Shown here in pieces: positions 39,858-53,969 of a stretch of DNA of 64,000 bases. The DNA lies in NCBI RefSeq assembly GCF_009914755.1, contig NC_060927.1; one strand, given 5' to 3'. The translations under genes and the position numbers were made by a program. The first letter of the stretch is position 1; every line of letters starts with the position of its first letter. Below the pieces are notes generated by a model that was not told the DNA's origin, did not search any database, and saw only the letters and a program-made list of their open reading frames with translations. The DNA comes from the human T2T-CHM13v2.0 reference genome, Homo sapiens.

Positions 39858-40161
39858 ACAAAATGGACATACAGAAATTTGCATATATATTTTAAAATTA
39901 AAATGTATCTTATATATTTTATATTTTTTCAAAATGCAACAAATAGGGCATATGTAAATTAAGGCCATACCAATATATAAAATATATTTTCCTAGGAAAC
40001 TTATATCTCCAAAAACATATATTAAATAGGGTAGAGTGGTTGTCATGAAAGAATGGAGAATTATAGGAGATGCTCATTATCAAAAAAGAGAGAAAATAAG
40101 AAAGTGGATTTATCCAAATTGTTGATGATGGAGTTTAATTCTCTGAACCTAGGTGTAAAAT

Positions 40162-40418
40162 AAGTAATAGTTACTAAGAACTGCCTGTATGCTAACCACT
40201 CTTTTTTCTAAGTGCTTTAATTGTATTATTTCATTTAATCATCACACTGATTCTGTGAGGTAGGTACTATTATTATCTCCACTTTGCAGATAGAGGAAAT
40301 CAAATGCCAGATGGGTTAAATGGTTCATGCAATATCACAGGGCCAAATAGCAGAGCTCTGCTTGACCCCAGACAGAGGGCGCTCAAGCTCTGCACTTAAC
40401 TGCTGTGATCTACTGCTT
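40162..40418 (-). mobile_element. MIR (near full length)
   Basis: tttcatttaatcatcac...tgtgaggtaggtactattattatctccactttgcagat. Confidence 0.85.
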
Positions 40419-41513
40419 CTAACAAAGATAGTGGGGAAAAAAGAGGAAAGGGATACAGAAAGAGACAGACATTGACATAGAGAGCGCAGGGAAGAAAGAG
40501 AGAAACTGAGAGATGGTCTGAGCCTGAGGATCCATGCAATCGCGATTTTAAGTAATTATTGATCCTAACTTATAACTGAATTGGCACTAGTCATAAATGA
40601 TCATTAAAAACAGAGCACTTCTCAATACTTCTCTTTTATTTACTATCAAGATGAGATAATCTGGAAAAACCTAGATTAAAAAGTTAACAGCCCGAAGGTG
40701 AATGTTTAAGATATATGTTCAAGACACAATAAAAACTATGAGAAAATGACAATAATATGGGTGTACAATTATGGCTTAGAAGACTAAAAAATCTCCTAAG
40801 AATCTACAAAGGATAAAGGAAGCATGAAGTAGGCTCCTCTGAGAAGAATCCCACAGAGATGATGTGTGTTTCTCAGTGCATCATAAAAGGCAATACATGA
40901 TGTCAGTTTGTTTTATGATTGGTAATGGGAACTAGATCACTAGGATTAAAGTGGTATTGGCTAGATTTCTGCACTGTAAAGTTTCTATTTTTCCCTTCGT
41001 CCTTAGTAACAATTCTACAGGAGATACTTCAAAGTTACAAAAATATGTTTCTGCTCAAATGTTCACCCACTTATTTTAGTATTCATTGGTTGATCTTGTC
41101 TGTAACAATTCTTATTACTGTAGTGTTTAATATTTTCTAATTTCCTTATTCCTTCTAAATGTATTAATCAGAATTCTTCTGTAGGGAAGAACTGTTCCAT
41201 TTACTTACTTATTTATATCAGCAAGTTCTCATGGATATTTATTTTATTCTATGAGTTATATTCTAATACTATCATTATTTATTTTGTTGTTCAAATTGTT
41301 CCAGCTTCAGCCTTTGGGTGATTTTCCTGGCTGTCCTCAGTGTCCTTTCTACCTGTCTTATCCTTTTCTGAATACTTTCTTACTTCCTGGCACCACATGA
41401 TCTGATGTGCCCTGGGTCGTTTTATTTAGAAGCCAATATCTCAGAGCTGGGTATGTTCATTACTACTGAGTTGTAGCTGTTTCTAGGTTCTCTCAGTGGG
41501 CAACCCTGGAAAC

Positions 41514-41515
<2 letters not shown>

Positions 41516-41545
<30 letters not shown>

Positions 41546-41546
41546 T
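41516..41546. repeat. (ATGT)n microsatellite
   Basis: Directly visible. Confidence 0.9.
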
Positions 41547-44490
41547 ACTAATCTTTGCAGACAAACACCTCTATATTTCAGTATTCATCTGCATATAAAA
41601 TAATAAGAAATAAGAGTTTATATGGATACCACACGCTCAAATCTAACATCAGGGGGTTCATCTAGATTTTTCCTCTTCTTCATTTTAACTTCTGTCTCAA
41701 ATAGTGAGAAACCTACAGTGTATTCATTTATTTGTTCAACTCTGATCCATTCATAAAGTAATTTCAGAATTCTTAACCCATACCACATCAGAAAAAAAAA
41801 TGTCTACCTAGAGTACTGTAATTGTGTACAGTATACTTCTTTTTGTATTTAACCTTACAACATCTAGTCAGGCGTCTTTCTCTTAGCAAAATATATTGAA
41901 GATTTATCCAGGTTGTTATATGTATTGATAATTCATTACTTTTTACTGCTGGGAAAGGTTTCATTGTATGAATGTACCATTCTGCTTATCTATTCACCAG
42001 TTGAAGGACATCTGGATTGTTTCAACTTTCTGGTAGCTATGAATAAAACTTCTGTAAATATTCACATATAGGTTTTTATGTGAATGCACATTTTCATTTC
42101 TTTTGAAGAAATAACTAGGAGTGGGTTTGCTAGTCCATGTGGTAAGTATATGTTTAATTTTTTAAGAAATTGCCAAACTATTTCCCAAAGAGGGTGTACC
42201 ATCTTGCATTCTCACTAGCCACATATCAGAGTTCCAATTGCTTTGCATACTCACTGGCGTTTAGCATTATTTTTTTAAGTCTAGCTATTTTAGCATTTAC
42301 ATATATATATAAAATATATAAAATTGTGATTTTAATTTGTATTTCCCTAATAATGATATTAATCATCTTTTCATGTGCTGATATGCCAGCTGTTTATCCT
42401 CTTTGTTAAAGTCTGTTCTAATTTGTTCTCTGTTTTTTAAATGGATTGTTTGGTTTCTTATTAATGAATTGTGAGAGTTTTAAAAACTGTATTCTAGTTG
42501 CAAGTTCTTTGTCAGATATGTGATTTGGTTTGCAAATGTTTTCTCCTGATCCATGCTTGTCTTTTCATTCTCTTAACTTGGCTTTGCTAACCAAAAAGTT
42601 TAAAATTTTAAAAAGTATAATGTTAATTGATCTTTAAAATTTTTTGACTCTTGGTTTTGGTGTTGTTTCTAAGAAACTTTTTGCCTAGCTCAATGTCATA
42701 ATCATTATCTTCTATGTTTTCTTTGAGAAGATTTTATAATTTCACATTTTGCATTTAAGTGTATGATCCACTTTGATTTAATATTTGGTAAGGCAGAAGC
42801 TATGGATACAGATTAACTTATCTCATATGGATATCCAATTGTTCTAGTAACAGTTGTTGAAAAGATTATTTTCTCTCCATTGAATTTTCTTTGCACCTTT
42901 ATAAAAAAATAAGTATATTTGTGTGAATCTACTTCTGGGATCTCTATTCTGTTATATTGATCTTGTATCTATCTCTGTCAATGCAAAACTATGCTGATGA
43001 CTGCAGATTTATAGTAAATGTTGAAATCAGATAGTATGAATCCTCCAAATTTGTTTTGTTTTTCAGGATTGCTTTTGCTATTCTGCTTTCTTTGCCATGT
43101 TTCCACACAAATTTTAGAATTGATGTTTCAATGTATAAAAAAAAACCCTATGGGTTTAAATGGGGATTGTGCTGAATTTGTAAAGTAGTTTGGATAGAAC
43201 TGACATTTTAACAATATTATAAATGTAATCTAATAAATTATGTAGGATAAGTAGGCTAAAAACAACAAAACACTGATAAAATAAATTAAAGAAGACTAAA
43301 ATACATGGAGAGATATATCATGTATGTGGATTAAATATATTATTTCTCTTTCTTGCCTTATTGCACTGGCTAGGTCGTTCAGTAAGATGTTGAATGGAAG
43401 TGGTGAAAGAGGATACTCTTGTCTTTTTACTGATTTTAGGGAGAAAGCATTTAGTTTTTCACTCAATGATGTTAGCTGCAGGTTTTGTATAGATGTCCTT
43501 CATTAGGTTAATGAATTTTTCTTCTGTCCTAAGTTTGCTGAAAGCTTTTTATCCTGAATTAATGTTGAATTTTATCAAATGCCGTTTATCTATTGAGATA
43601 ATCATTTGCATTTTCTTCTTTAGTCTGTTAATACGATAAATTGCATTAATTGATTTTTACATGTAGAGGCAGCTTTGCATTTCTGGGATAAACACATCTA
43701 TTTATCATATATTATCCCTTATATATACATATTGTTGGTTTTGATTAGCTAACATTTTGTTGAGAATATTTATATCTTTGTTCATGAGAAATAGGGTTTT
43801 CTCTTTTTGTAATTACTTTGTCTAGTTTTAGTATTAGGATAATTCTGATCTCCTAAGATAAGGTTGAAAGTGGTCCCTGTTCTGCTATTTTTGGTATCAT
43901 GTTTTTCTTAAAGTTTTGGTAGAACTTGCCTGTGAAATCATCTGGGCCAAGTTTTCTTTGTTGGAAGGTTACAAACTATGAGTTAATTGTTTCAATAGAT
44001 ATGGGCTGTTCTAGTGATCTACTTATTTCTTGAGCACGTATTGGCATTTTGTGTCTTTTAAGGAATTGGCTAATTTCATCTAAGTTTTTGAATTTGAGTA
44101 TTTAAGAGTTATGGTGTCATCCTTTTATTAACTATGTGGGATCTGTATATCCCTCCCATCTTTCACTTCTAATATTAGTAATTTCTTTCTTCTCTCTCTG
44201 TTTCTTAGTCAGGAAACAGGTTTTTGAACTTTATTGATTTTTAAAAAGAATCATCTTTTAGTTTCACTGATTTTCTCTATTTTTTATCTTCAATTTCATG
44301 ATTTCTGCTCTTCTGTTTTTAAATTTCTTTCCTTTTGCTTGCGTCTAGTTTAATTTGATCTTCCTTTTCTAGTCCCTTAAAGAGAGGGATTAGATTTGTC
44401 ATTTGTGACTGACTTACTTTTTGAACTTTTACTTTTTCATTTATGGCAGATGATTCTAGCTTTCCATTTTGGGGAGCGTAATAAAGCTCC

Positions 44491-45035
<545 letters not shown>

Positions 45036-45160
45036 ATTTTTAAAAATTTCAATAGATTTTTGGCAACAGGTGGTGTTTGGTTCTTTAGTGGTGATTGCAG
45101 GGATTTTGGTGCACCCATCCCCCAAGCTGTGTACGTTGTACTCAGTGTGTAGTCTTTTAT
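45036..45160 (-). mobile_element. L1PB 3'-terminal fragment
   Basis: atttcaatag...aacaggtggtgtttgg...ctttagtggtgat...ttttggtgcacccatc...gtgtagtcttttat. Confidence 0.8.
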
Positions 45161-45920
45161 GCTATAAAGATCTCTCTGTGCACTACTTAGCTTAATGTAA
45201 AAAAATTAATATGTTTAAATTTTTATGCTATTAAGTCAAAAATATTTTCAGATTTTCTCAAAATGTCCTCTTTGACCTATGGCTATTAAAAATTGTGTTT
45301 GTTGAATTTACAAATATTCAAAGATTTTCCAGATATATTTCTGTTACGGATTCCTAGTTTAGCTATATTATTGTCCAAAAGCTAAACTTTCTATGATTTC
45401 TAATTTTTTCAATTTTTAAGGCTTATTTATGACACAAGATGGTCTGTCTTGAATGTCCCAAACATTTGAAAAGAATGTACAGTCTGCTATTGTTGGCTGG
45501 AGTATTCTATAAATATCGGTTAGATCAAGTTGGTTGATCGTGTTATTTAGTTCTTCTATATCTTTATTGATTTTCTGTCTACTTTGTCATCAATTACTGA
45601 GAGGAGAATATTACAACATCTAATTACTATTGAGGGTTTGTGTATTTCTGCTTTCAAATTCAGCAATTTTTGCTTCGTGCATTTTTAAACTCTTGTAAGG
45701 TGCATGCTGATATAAATTGTTATAATTCATGGAAAATTGACCTTTTTATCATTCTGTAGTGTTTATTTCTGATAATATTTTTTGTTCTGAAGTCCACCTT
45801 GATATTAATATAGCTACTACATCTTTCTTTAAATTAGTGTTTGCATGGCATATTTTTCCCATTCTTTTACATTTTACCTATCTTTATCTTTATATTTAAA
45901 GTGGATATCTCATAAAGAGT

Positions 45921-46286
45921 TGTATTAGTCCATTTTCACATTGCTATTAATATAAAGATACTCCCTGAGACTGAGTAATTTATAAACAAAAGAGATTTAA
46001 TTGAGTCACAGTTCCCCATGGTTGGGGAGGGCTCAGGAAACTTACAATCATGGCAGAAGGTAAAAGCAGGCACCTTCTTCACAAGGTTGCAGGAGAGGGT
46101 GTGAGCATATAAGGGAGCAACTCTCAAACACTTATAAAATCATCTGATCTCATGAGAATTCACTCACTATTATGAGAACAGCATGGGGTAAACTGCTATG
46201 ATGATTCAGTCACCTCCCTCCCTTGACATGTGGGGATTACAATTCGAGATGAGATTTGGGTGGGGACACAGAGCCAAACCCTATCA
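45921..46286 (-). mobile_element. THE1D-like MaLR solo LTR
   Basis: tgtattagtccattttcac...caggaaacttacaatcatggcagaagg...gatttgggtggggacacagagccaaaccctatca; no clear 5-bp TSD. Confidence 0.9.
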
Positions 46287-48246
46287 ACATTATATCATTG
46301 GAGTTTCCTTTTACTCCCAATCTGACAATCTCTTATTTAGTATGTTTAGACCATTCACATTAAATATAATCATTGATATAATTAGTTTAAGATCTGTCCT
46401 CTTGATACCTATAATTGATTTGTTCCACCAATTTTTTGTTTTTTTTCCTCCCCTGTTTTTCTGCCTTCTCTTGGCAGAATAATCAGGCATTTATTATTCT
46501 ATTTTATCTCAACTCTTGACTTATTATATATACCTCTTGTTAAATTGTTCAGGGGTTGGTTTAGGATTTACAAGATACAACTTTAATTGGAGTCTATCTT
46601 CAGATATTTTATACTACTTAATGTTTAATTTAAGGACTTTAAGAATCTTAAATAGTCAACTCCCAATTCCTCCTTCCCAAACTTTGTGTTATTGTTGTCA
46701 TATATTTTACATTTTTTTCCATAAACACACACTACATTGCTACCATTGGTCAAAACAATTCGTTATTTCAGAGCCATTAAAAATAAGAAAAAAATAAGTT
46801 TTATTTACTTTCATTTATTTCATCTCTAATGTGATGTTTTTATTTTTTTATTTAGATCTAAATTTCAATTTTGTATCATTTTCTTCCTGAAGAAATTTTC
46901 TTTTACCATTTCTTTTAGTGTAGGTTTTCTATGTTAAAATGACTTCCCTTCATATTTGTCTGAGAAAGTATTTCTCCTTCAGTTTTTTTCCTACTTTATT
47001 TTTGAAAATTATATTCACTGCCTATAAATTCTGGGTAAATTTTTAACAAGTAAATCATTCTTTCTGCACTATAAAATGTCTCATCATAATCTGGCTTGGG
47101 TAGTTTCTGGAAGGAAGATGGCTCCACGTCTCATCTGTGTTCCTTTATATGTAAAGGATTCCCCCATACCCAACTGCTTTAAGAACTTCTCTTTGTCTTT
47201 TGTTTTCAGCAGTTTGACTAATATGCATAGGTGTGTTTTTGTGATATTTATCTTAGTCAGCATTCTCTATTTTGATCTGTGGTTTAGTGTCAGTAATTAA
47301 TTCTAGAAAATTCTATGCCATCATTTTTTCAAATATTTCTTTTGATCCACTTTCTCTGTCTTATGCTTATTAGATTATTGGACTGATTGGAATTATTCCA
47401 TAACTCGTGAATGTTCTATTTTTATTTTCACACTTTTTTTTCAGCTTCAGTTTGGATAATTTCTAGTGACTTTCTTTCACTTTATCGATTCTTTCCTAGT
47501 CTATATCAAGTCTACTTATGAGCCTGCTGAGGTCATTCTTCGTCTGTTATTGTGTTTTCATTTCTAGCATTTTCATTTAATTATTTCTTATAGTTTTTGA
47601 ATCTCTGTTGAAATTTCCCATCAAATCATGCATATCGTCTCCTGTTACATTAGAGTCTTTAACGTATTAATCATAGATATTTTAATTTACCTTTCTGTTC
47701 CAACATCAGTGTCATATCTGAGTCTAGTTTTGTTGACTGCTTTGTCTCTTGACAGTGTTGTTTTTTTTCTTGCCTTTTTGTGTGTCTTGATTTTTTGTTG
47801 GAAATGGGACATACTGTGGCAATAGAGTCTAAGGTAAGTAGCTTTTATGTTTACAGATGGGCATGCTTTTTCTTTTGTTAGGCCTCTATTTTTTCTTCCT
47901 GCTGGTTCTTTAATGTGCATGTTTAAGTTAATTCAACCAGGAGTAGGAATTTGCTTTGGGTTTCTTGTTACTGTGGTTACTCTCAGTGTTAAACAGATTG
48001 CAAATTCTTTTGATGATATCTTGTGTTTTGAGTGGCAGCTGGTTTATCAGTGGGTTTTATTTAATTTCTGTTTCATCCTCAGCTTTAGGTCTTCCCTTTG
48101 CACTGTGTCTCAGTTATTGTTCATCTCCAGCACTCCAGCAGTTTTCTATTATTACTTTTTAAAATTAATGCTTGTTAGCCCAGTGTTCTGATTCACTCTA
48201 AATTTTAGGCAAGCACTATGTCTCAGGTCTCAGGTATAACATTCTT

Positions 48247-48554
48247 TTTTATTTTATTTTTTTATTTTTGAGACAGGGTCTCACTCTGTTGCGCAGGCTG
48301 TAGTACAGTGGCATGAACTCAGCTCATTGCAACCTCTCCACCTCCCAGGTTCAAGTGATTCTCCTGCCTCAGCCTCTCAAGTAGCTGGGATTATAGGCAC
48401 CTACCACCATGTCCTGCTAATTTTTGTATTTTTAGTGGAGATAGGGTTTCACCTTGTTGACCAGGCTGGTCGCAAACTCCTGACTTCAAGTGATCTCCCC
48501 ACCTTGGCCTCCCATAATGCTGGGATTACAGGGGTGAGCCACTGTGCCTGGGCC
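48247..48554 (-). mobile_element. AluS (Sz-like)
   Basis: Full dimer; perfect 17-bp TSD tcaggtataacattctt (48230-48246, 48555-48571). Confidence 0.95.
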
Positions 48555-48925
48555 TCAGGTATAACATTCTTAATATTCCTCTTCATATCTTAACTGTAGT
48601 TCCACATCCAGCACATATTCCTGATCTTTCTCCAAGGGTAGAGGGTTTTCTTCTTAGGCTAAAATGGATTTTTATCATTGCCTCAGGGTAAGAGGATTGG
48701 TTGTGTTTCACTCCATAGATTATGGCTTTTTCCCCATAAAGGATATAGGAGAGAAGTTCCAGGTTGGATATATGCTTTTCCCACAGTGGCTGCTGTTTTC
48801 CTCTCTCAGAACTTCACCATTACACCATTAGGCATGCTCTCTTGAGACTCATACCAATCTTTTTTGGGAAGCTATGAGATCCATGAAGAAAAGCTTGCAA
48901 GAAAGAGAGTATGAATTCCCCTGTA

Positions 48926-49232
48926 CAGTAGTCCTTATCTGTGGTTTCACTTTCTTTGGTTTCAGTTACCCATAATCAACCACGGTCTGAATATATCTAT
49001 ATCTACATATAGAGAGACCATATTTGTGTAACTATTATTATAGTATATTGTTATAATTGTTGTATTATTGGTTGTTAAACACAACTGTGCCTAATCTATA
49101 AATTAAATTTGTATGCATAGGTATGTATGTATAGGAAAAACATAGTATATATATGGTTTAGCACTATTTGTGGTTTCAGGCATCTACTGTGTGTCTTGGA
49201 ACATATCCCTTGCAGATAATGGAGGACTGCTG
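48926..49232. mobile_element. MER44A (Tigger7-derived) MITE
   Basis: TIRs cagtagtcc-ttatctg...cagataatggaggactgctg; TA TSDs. Confidence 0.9.
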
Positions 49233-49907
49233 TATTTTCATGTCTTATGGTTCCACAATCTCTCACCAACCCCTACTCAGCTTCCACCAGTTTGTTAACT
49301 ATTCTAGCTCCATTATTCTTACTAATATCCAACTGTGTCTGCCCCACGTAAGCAAGTACTCACATCTCATCTCTCCCAACAGACATCTGCCTGTCCTTAT
49401 ATTTTGGATGGTTGGTTTCCAGCAATATCAGCTTTTTGATGCATTCAAGAAATGTCATTAACTTGCAGGTTGTTTCACTTTTTACATTGTTGTTGTAAGC
49501 TTGGAGGCATAGCTCTTTCTAGATTTCTACATCCCAAGTAGAAACTAGAAGTTCCTTATACCATCATGAAAATAAAAGAAAGTAAACACTTCTTACTTAG
49601 CACAGAAAAGCAGAGAAAAAGTTCCTGAAGAAGTGAGCCCTTTTCTTTTTCTAAAAATTTTTCAGATGTTGAAATATCTCTGCTTTTGCCTTGCATCCAC
49701 TATTCCTTACATTCCCCTTGGATAATTCAATCACACCAATATTGTGATTAAGTAGTATAAAATATTATGTTTATTTCATAGGAGAGGAGAGGGTTTACAT
49801 TGCACATTACAATGATATTTACATTACATTGTTCATGGTCTTCACAAATCCCATTAAACATCTGTCTTTCATAGTCCCTTCTTATCTCCTGCATTTCATT
49901 TAAACAA

Positions 49908-50283
49908 TATCTTAGCTGTTTTGTGCTGCTATAACAAAATACCTAGACTGGGTAATTTACAAACTAAAGGAATTTATTTTCTTACAGTTCTAGAAGTTGG
50001 AAATTCCAAGATCAAGGTGCCAGCAGGTTTACTGAAGGCTGCTCTCTGCTCCTAAGATGGTGCCTTGACGTTGCATCCTCTGGAGGGTAGGAACGAAGTG
50101 TCTTCACATGGAAGCCAGTGAGCAAGCAGGCTGAGTGTTGCATGAAGCCTTTTGCACAAGGACCTAAATCACATTTATGAGGGCTCCTCCCTCATGGTGT
50201 AATCACCTCTTAAAGGCCCTACCTCTTAAGGCTATAACGTTGGCAACATCTAAGTATTGGAGGGGACCCATTCAAACCATAGA
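49908..50283 (-). mobile_element. MST (MSTB/C/D-like) MaLR LTR
   Basis: tgctgctataacaaaatacctagactgggtaattt...ccaagatcaaggtgccagcagg...taatcacctcttaaaggcc...cattcaaaccata. Confidence 0.88.
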
Positions 50284-50599
50284 AAATGCTTATAGTCTTC
50301 CCTATTGACTTGGTAAATTCTGATCTATTCCAGTATATGTGAGCCCCACTGAACACAGTGCTCAGCAATTGTAATGCCACTTAGTTATAAGACGCCTTCT
50401 CCACTTCTTAGAATACATTTGTAGACCATGTAGTGTTTCTAGTTTGCCTTTTGGGTTTTCTCTCAACCTTAATTTAACAAAGGATCTTTTTCAAATACAC
50501 ACAGTATCTTCCCTGAGAAGAATTCTGGGAAATAATGGAAATAGGGATTTTGGAAGAAAGGAAATCGACCTTTTTAATTATCCCATGACTTACACAAAT

Positions 50600-50780
50600 G
50601 ATGTGGGAAAAATACCCCTCTCAAGTGACATGTATGTACTGACAGTTGACTCAATATCAAAGTCACGTGTTGGGAGTATCAGAATCTGATCTGAGTGTGG
50701 TTTGATGAGTGTCACAGATTCATCTGCGAAATGTTGCACCTGACAGATGGGACAGTCTAGTTTAAAATTTTTCCTCATTG
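50600..50780. promoter_or_regulatory. Candidate enhancer core
   Basis: Dense AP-1, TCF, E-box, RUNX and MEIS motifs within ~110 bp (function is inferred). Confidence 0.35.
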
Positions 50781-52059
50781 AGATCATCATAGGGGATGAT
50801 TTGTTTTCAACAACTTTCATATTTGTGCACAGCACCCCAACCCAAAAGAAAAAAAAATGCCACCTTCTCTCAATAATTTGGAATATTGGAGGTCTTTGTA
50901 CGCTTTTTCATACAGTCTTTGTGCTCTTTAGAAGAAAAATGTTACAAATAGATAAGGTAAAAATACCTTAGTAAAGGTAACAATTGACATCCAAGGTTTA
51001 ACAGTCTTTCCTTCCTCTAACATCTTGCAAAAGATGTAACACTGCATCATTGGCCCAATGACATACCCCAAAGCATTTGAATTTTTTAAAGAAGGTCTTG
51101 GGATAAAAGAAAGTCATTCTGCATCATCACTTGGGATTGTGGTATTTAAAGGTCATCAGAAAAGCATCTTCCTGACACATAACATCAATGGCAACCTCTT
51201 GGTATATGAGCTGATGATAATACATTGTTAAAACCATTGTGTGACAAATGGAAATAAGAATGTTTGTCATTAAATATTCTCTGCTGCTTGTACAAATAGA
51301 AAAGATAAGGCATGTGGTACTTATTCTTCTGTCTCCTAATATAAGTGAATATTCCTATCAGAGCTTCATCTTTATAGAGGTATCTGCTGTGGAGATATAA
51401 CAACCTTGAGTAGCTGCATAGGATCACATGTAACTATGTCTTTCCATGGGCCTCTGGGTAATATTGCATTACTGTTATAAAATTGTCTGTAATCAGTGTT
51501 ATTTTTGTAAAATGGTAAATTAAAGAAATTTTTAGATGATCTTTAAATATGAATCTAGGAGTTCCAGAAATATCTCAAAGGAAAGAAGCAATTGATGTAG
51601 AAATTAGGATAAGTTAAAAGATCAGCAGTTTCAGCGTATCTTCCCTGAGTAAAATTTTGGATTTTGTAAGTTCTACTTTAAAAATAATACAGTTTATTTT
51701 GCCAGATAAAATTAGGTTGGGAATGAGAAGGTTGTGAGGTTTCACACTTCACAAAGCTCATCTGAGAAAATTAAAACAGTATTGTCTACATGATTCAAAA
51801 TTTTCCATTTAACCTCTCTGTACTGAAAAAAAACAGTTAAAATATGAAGCATTTAGATTGGGTTTTAATTGTCAAAGATAATTCTAATTCTAAAACTCCA
51901 CAGTTCAATTATAATCCAAAATATTATTTACTATCTCATTAGTTTATATTAGGTAGCAAAACATTTGTCACTTTCCTTAAGATACTTTCCTCTATTGTTG
52001 ACTATTTTGTATATTAAATTGTGTAAACTTTTTCACAGTCAATTTGTGAAATTGACTGA

Positions 52060-52520
52060 AATAGCCTGGGTCCTGGAGAAAATATGTACCACACTCAAAA
52101 AGTTTAATTGAAGAAAGTTAAATTAAGAAAATATTTGGAGGGATATAATCTAGGTTAAGAGAACAAATGGGGAATGAAGGCTACATGAAGCCATTGTTGA
52201 CTCTAGGCCGCAAGGCACAATGATGAGGGCGATGTGTTATAGAGCCTGCAGATGGCTTGGAGCTCTGAGAGAGGAACGCTCACCTCCATCAGGAACTGTA
52301 GCCCTGGTACTCAGCCACTGCTGGAACCACATTCAGGAAGGGATAGGGGAGGGACAGAAATATTCCAACTTTCATTTCCCCTCAACTTTCCTTGGTCAAA
52401 CCCAACCACAGCCACAGGAGCAGGGTACCTGAGTGATGCAGCTTATAGATATCAGCCTCACAGGGCACAGAACAGGCAGAAAAGGGGGAAATGGATGTAG
52501 GGGAGGGTAGCATAAGAATG
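52060..52520 (-). mobile_element. Ancient ERVL LTR (LTR33/LTR67-like)
   Basis: gggtcctggagaaaa...cacactcaaa...ttggtcaaacccaaccacagcc...gatgcagcttatagatatcagcctc. Confidence 0.55.
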
Positions 52521-52551
52521 TTTAAATATATTATCAACTTATGAATAAGAT

Positions 52552-52553
<2 letters not shown>

Positions 52554-52584
<31 letters not shown>
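52554..52584. repeat. (TG)n microsatellite
   Basis: Directly visible. Confidence 0.95.
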
Positions 52585-52586
<2 letters not shown>

Positions 52587-52599
52587 GTTTTCATGCTGT

Positions 52600-53065
52600 T
52601 TTACGTCAACTTGATCTCTCTGGGCTTTGACCTCCCTATCTCCAAAGTGGTTTTCTGACTTCTCATCATCTGTAATGCCTCCATTTCTTATTCCAGTTTC
52701 AAGCATTCTAGTGTCTAACCACCCTCTCCTACATTCCCAATCCATTCACTCCAATATGCCCTCTGCAAGAGTTCCCTGACCTCATTAAGACCTAATTTGA
52801 CCTCTCCATATTGACTTTCCTCTTTATCTTGCTTAGATTCCCTGATTCTTGTTAGAATCACCTTTTCTGCAAACACTCTCAACTCCCTGTTTCCTTCTCC
52901 CTTTACTGTACTTACCCAATAGAACCCCAGTCCTTGTTGAACCCAAACTTTCCCTTTCCTCACATCTTTACTGACTCATCTGAACACTGCTAGAAAAATT
53001 ATCACACAACCCAGATGGCTGGTTTCAATTTATGGAATTACCAGAAACTTCAAATAGATACTTAA
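52600..53065 (+). mobile_element. L2 internal fragment
   Basis: ctctcaactccctg...aaccccagtccttgttgaacccaa...gaacactgctagaaaaa...cacacaacc. Confidence 0.7.
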
Positions 53066-53079
53066 ATAATGTTTTACAA

Positions 53080-53500
53080 AACAGCAATAGTGTATAAAAA
53101 GAATCATCTACTTGTTTTGTGTACTAAGAAACCCAGAGGCAGGCAGCTGCTGGATGACTTTGGGACTGAACAATGTCAAGATGCTGTGTTGATGTCTCTT
53201 GGTCTTTCTGTTTCAAGGTAGCAGCCATAGTTGAAAGCACCACAGTTCCATTTGACACAGATTGAAAGGCAGGACATAGGAGGTTATGTTGCAAAGAGCA
53301 CTTTTCCTCATGTAACCCCTATCTTATTAAAGAGGAAAATTCTTCCTCAGAAGATACTCGCTTATATTACAGTGTCCAGAACTAGGCTTATGCTCATCCC
53401 TAGACCAGGGGCTAAGCCACCTTCCTTGAAGTCAAGTCTTCTCTGCCCAGTGCCTGAAAATAGAGAAATACACTATTAGCAAGGATGAAGGAGATGAACG
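53080..53500 (-). mobile_element. MLT1K/L-like MaLR LTR
   Basis: aagaaacccagaggcaggcagc...gtgtccagaactaggcttatgctcatccctagacca...attagcaaggatgaagg. Confidence 0.65.
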
Positions 53501-53912
53501 AGACGGGAGAAGGATGACGTATGTGGACAAACATGTAATTAGGAAAGACAGCTTCTGATATAATATACTATACTCCTTTCCTTGTGGGGCATGTGTACAT
53601 ACATATGTGCCCTCATATTCATACCCCCAGTGGCTAAGTTTTGGTAGAGTAAAGTAGCTGTAGCAGGGCGTAAAAACTGAAGTTCTGAGAAATCATGCCA
53701 GTTAGTACTTATTAGTACCCAGTTTTTGTCCTGGGTGCTGTAGGGGATATGAAATTTTTTCATAGTTAGGGTTTACCTCTAAAGAATAATCTTTATGATC
53801 TTAGAGTTCATGATTCTAAATATTGCCTGAGCCTTTTTTCTTTCCTCAAAATGTGTGAAATTCATTTACTGATAAACACTACTCTTAATGAAGTTTGGAT
53901 AGTTTATTTAAA

Positions 53913-53915
53913 GTG

Positions 53916-53965
<50 letters not shown>
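53913..53965. repeat. (TA)n(CA)n compound microsatellite
   Basis: Directly visible. Confidence 0.95.

Positions 53966-53969
<4 letters not shown>

Noticed and set aside
45916-46291. THE1D LTR lacking a matching 5-bp TSD as a sign of rearrangement
   Set aside because: The host L1 appears roughly colinear across it and 5-bp TSDs decay readily; evidence is too weak
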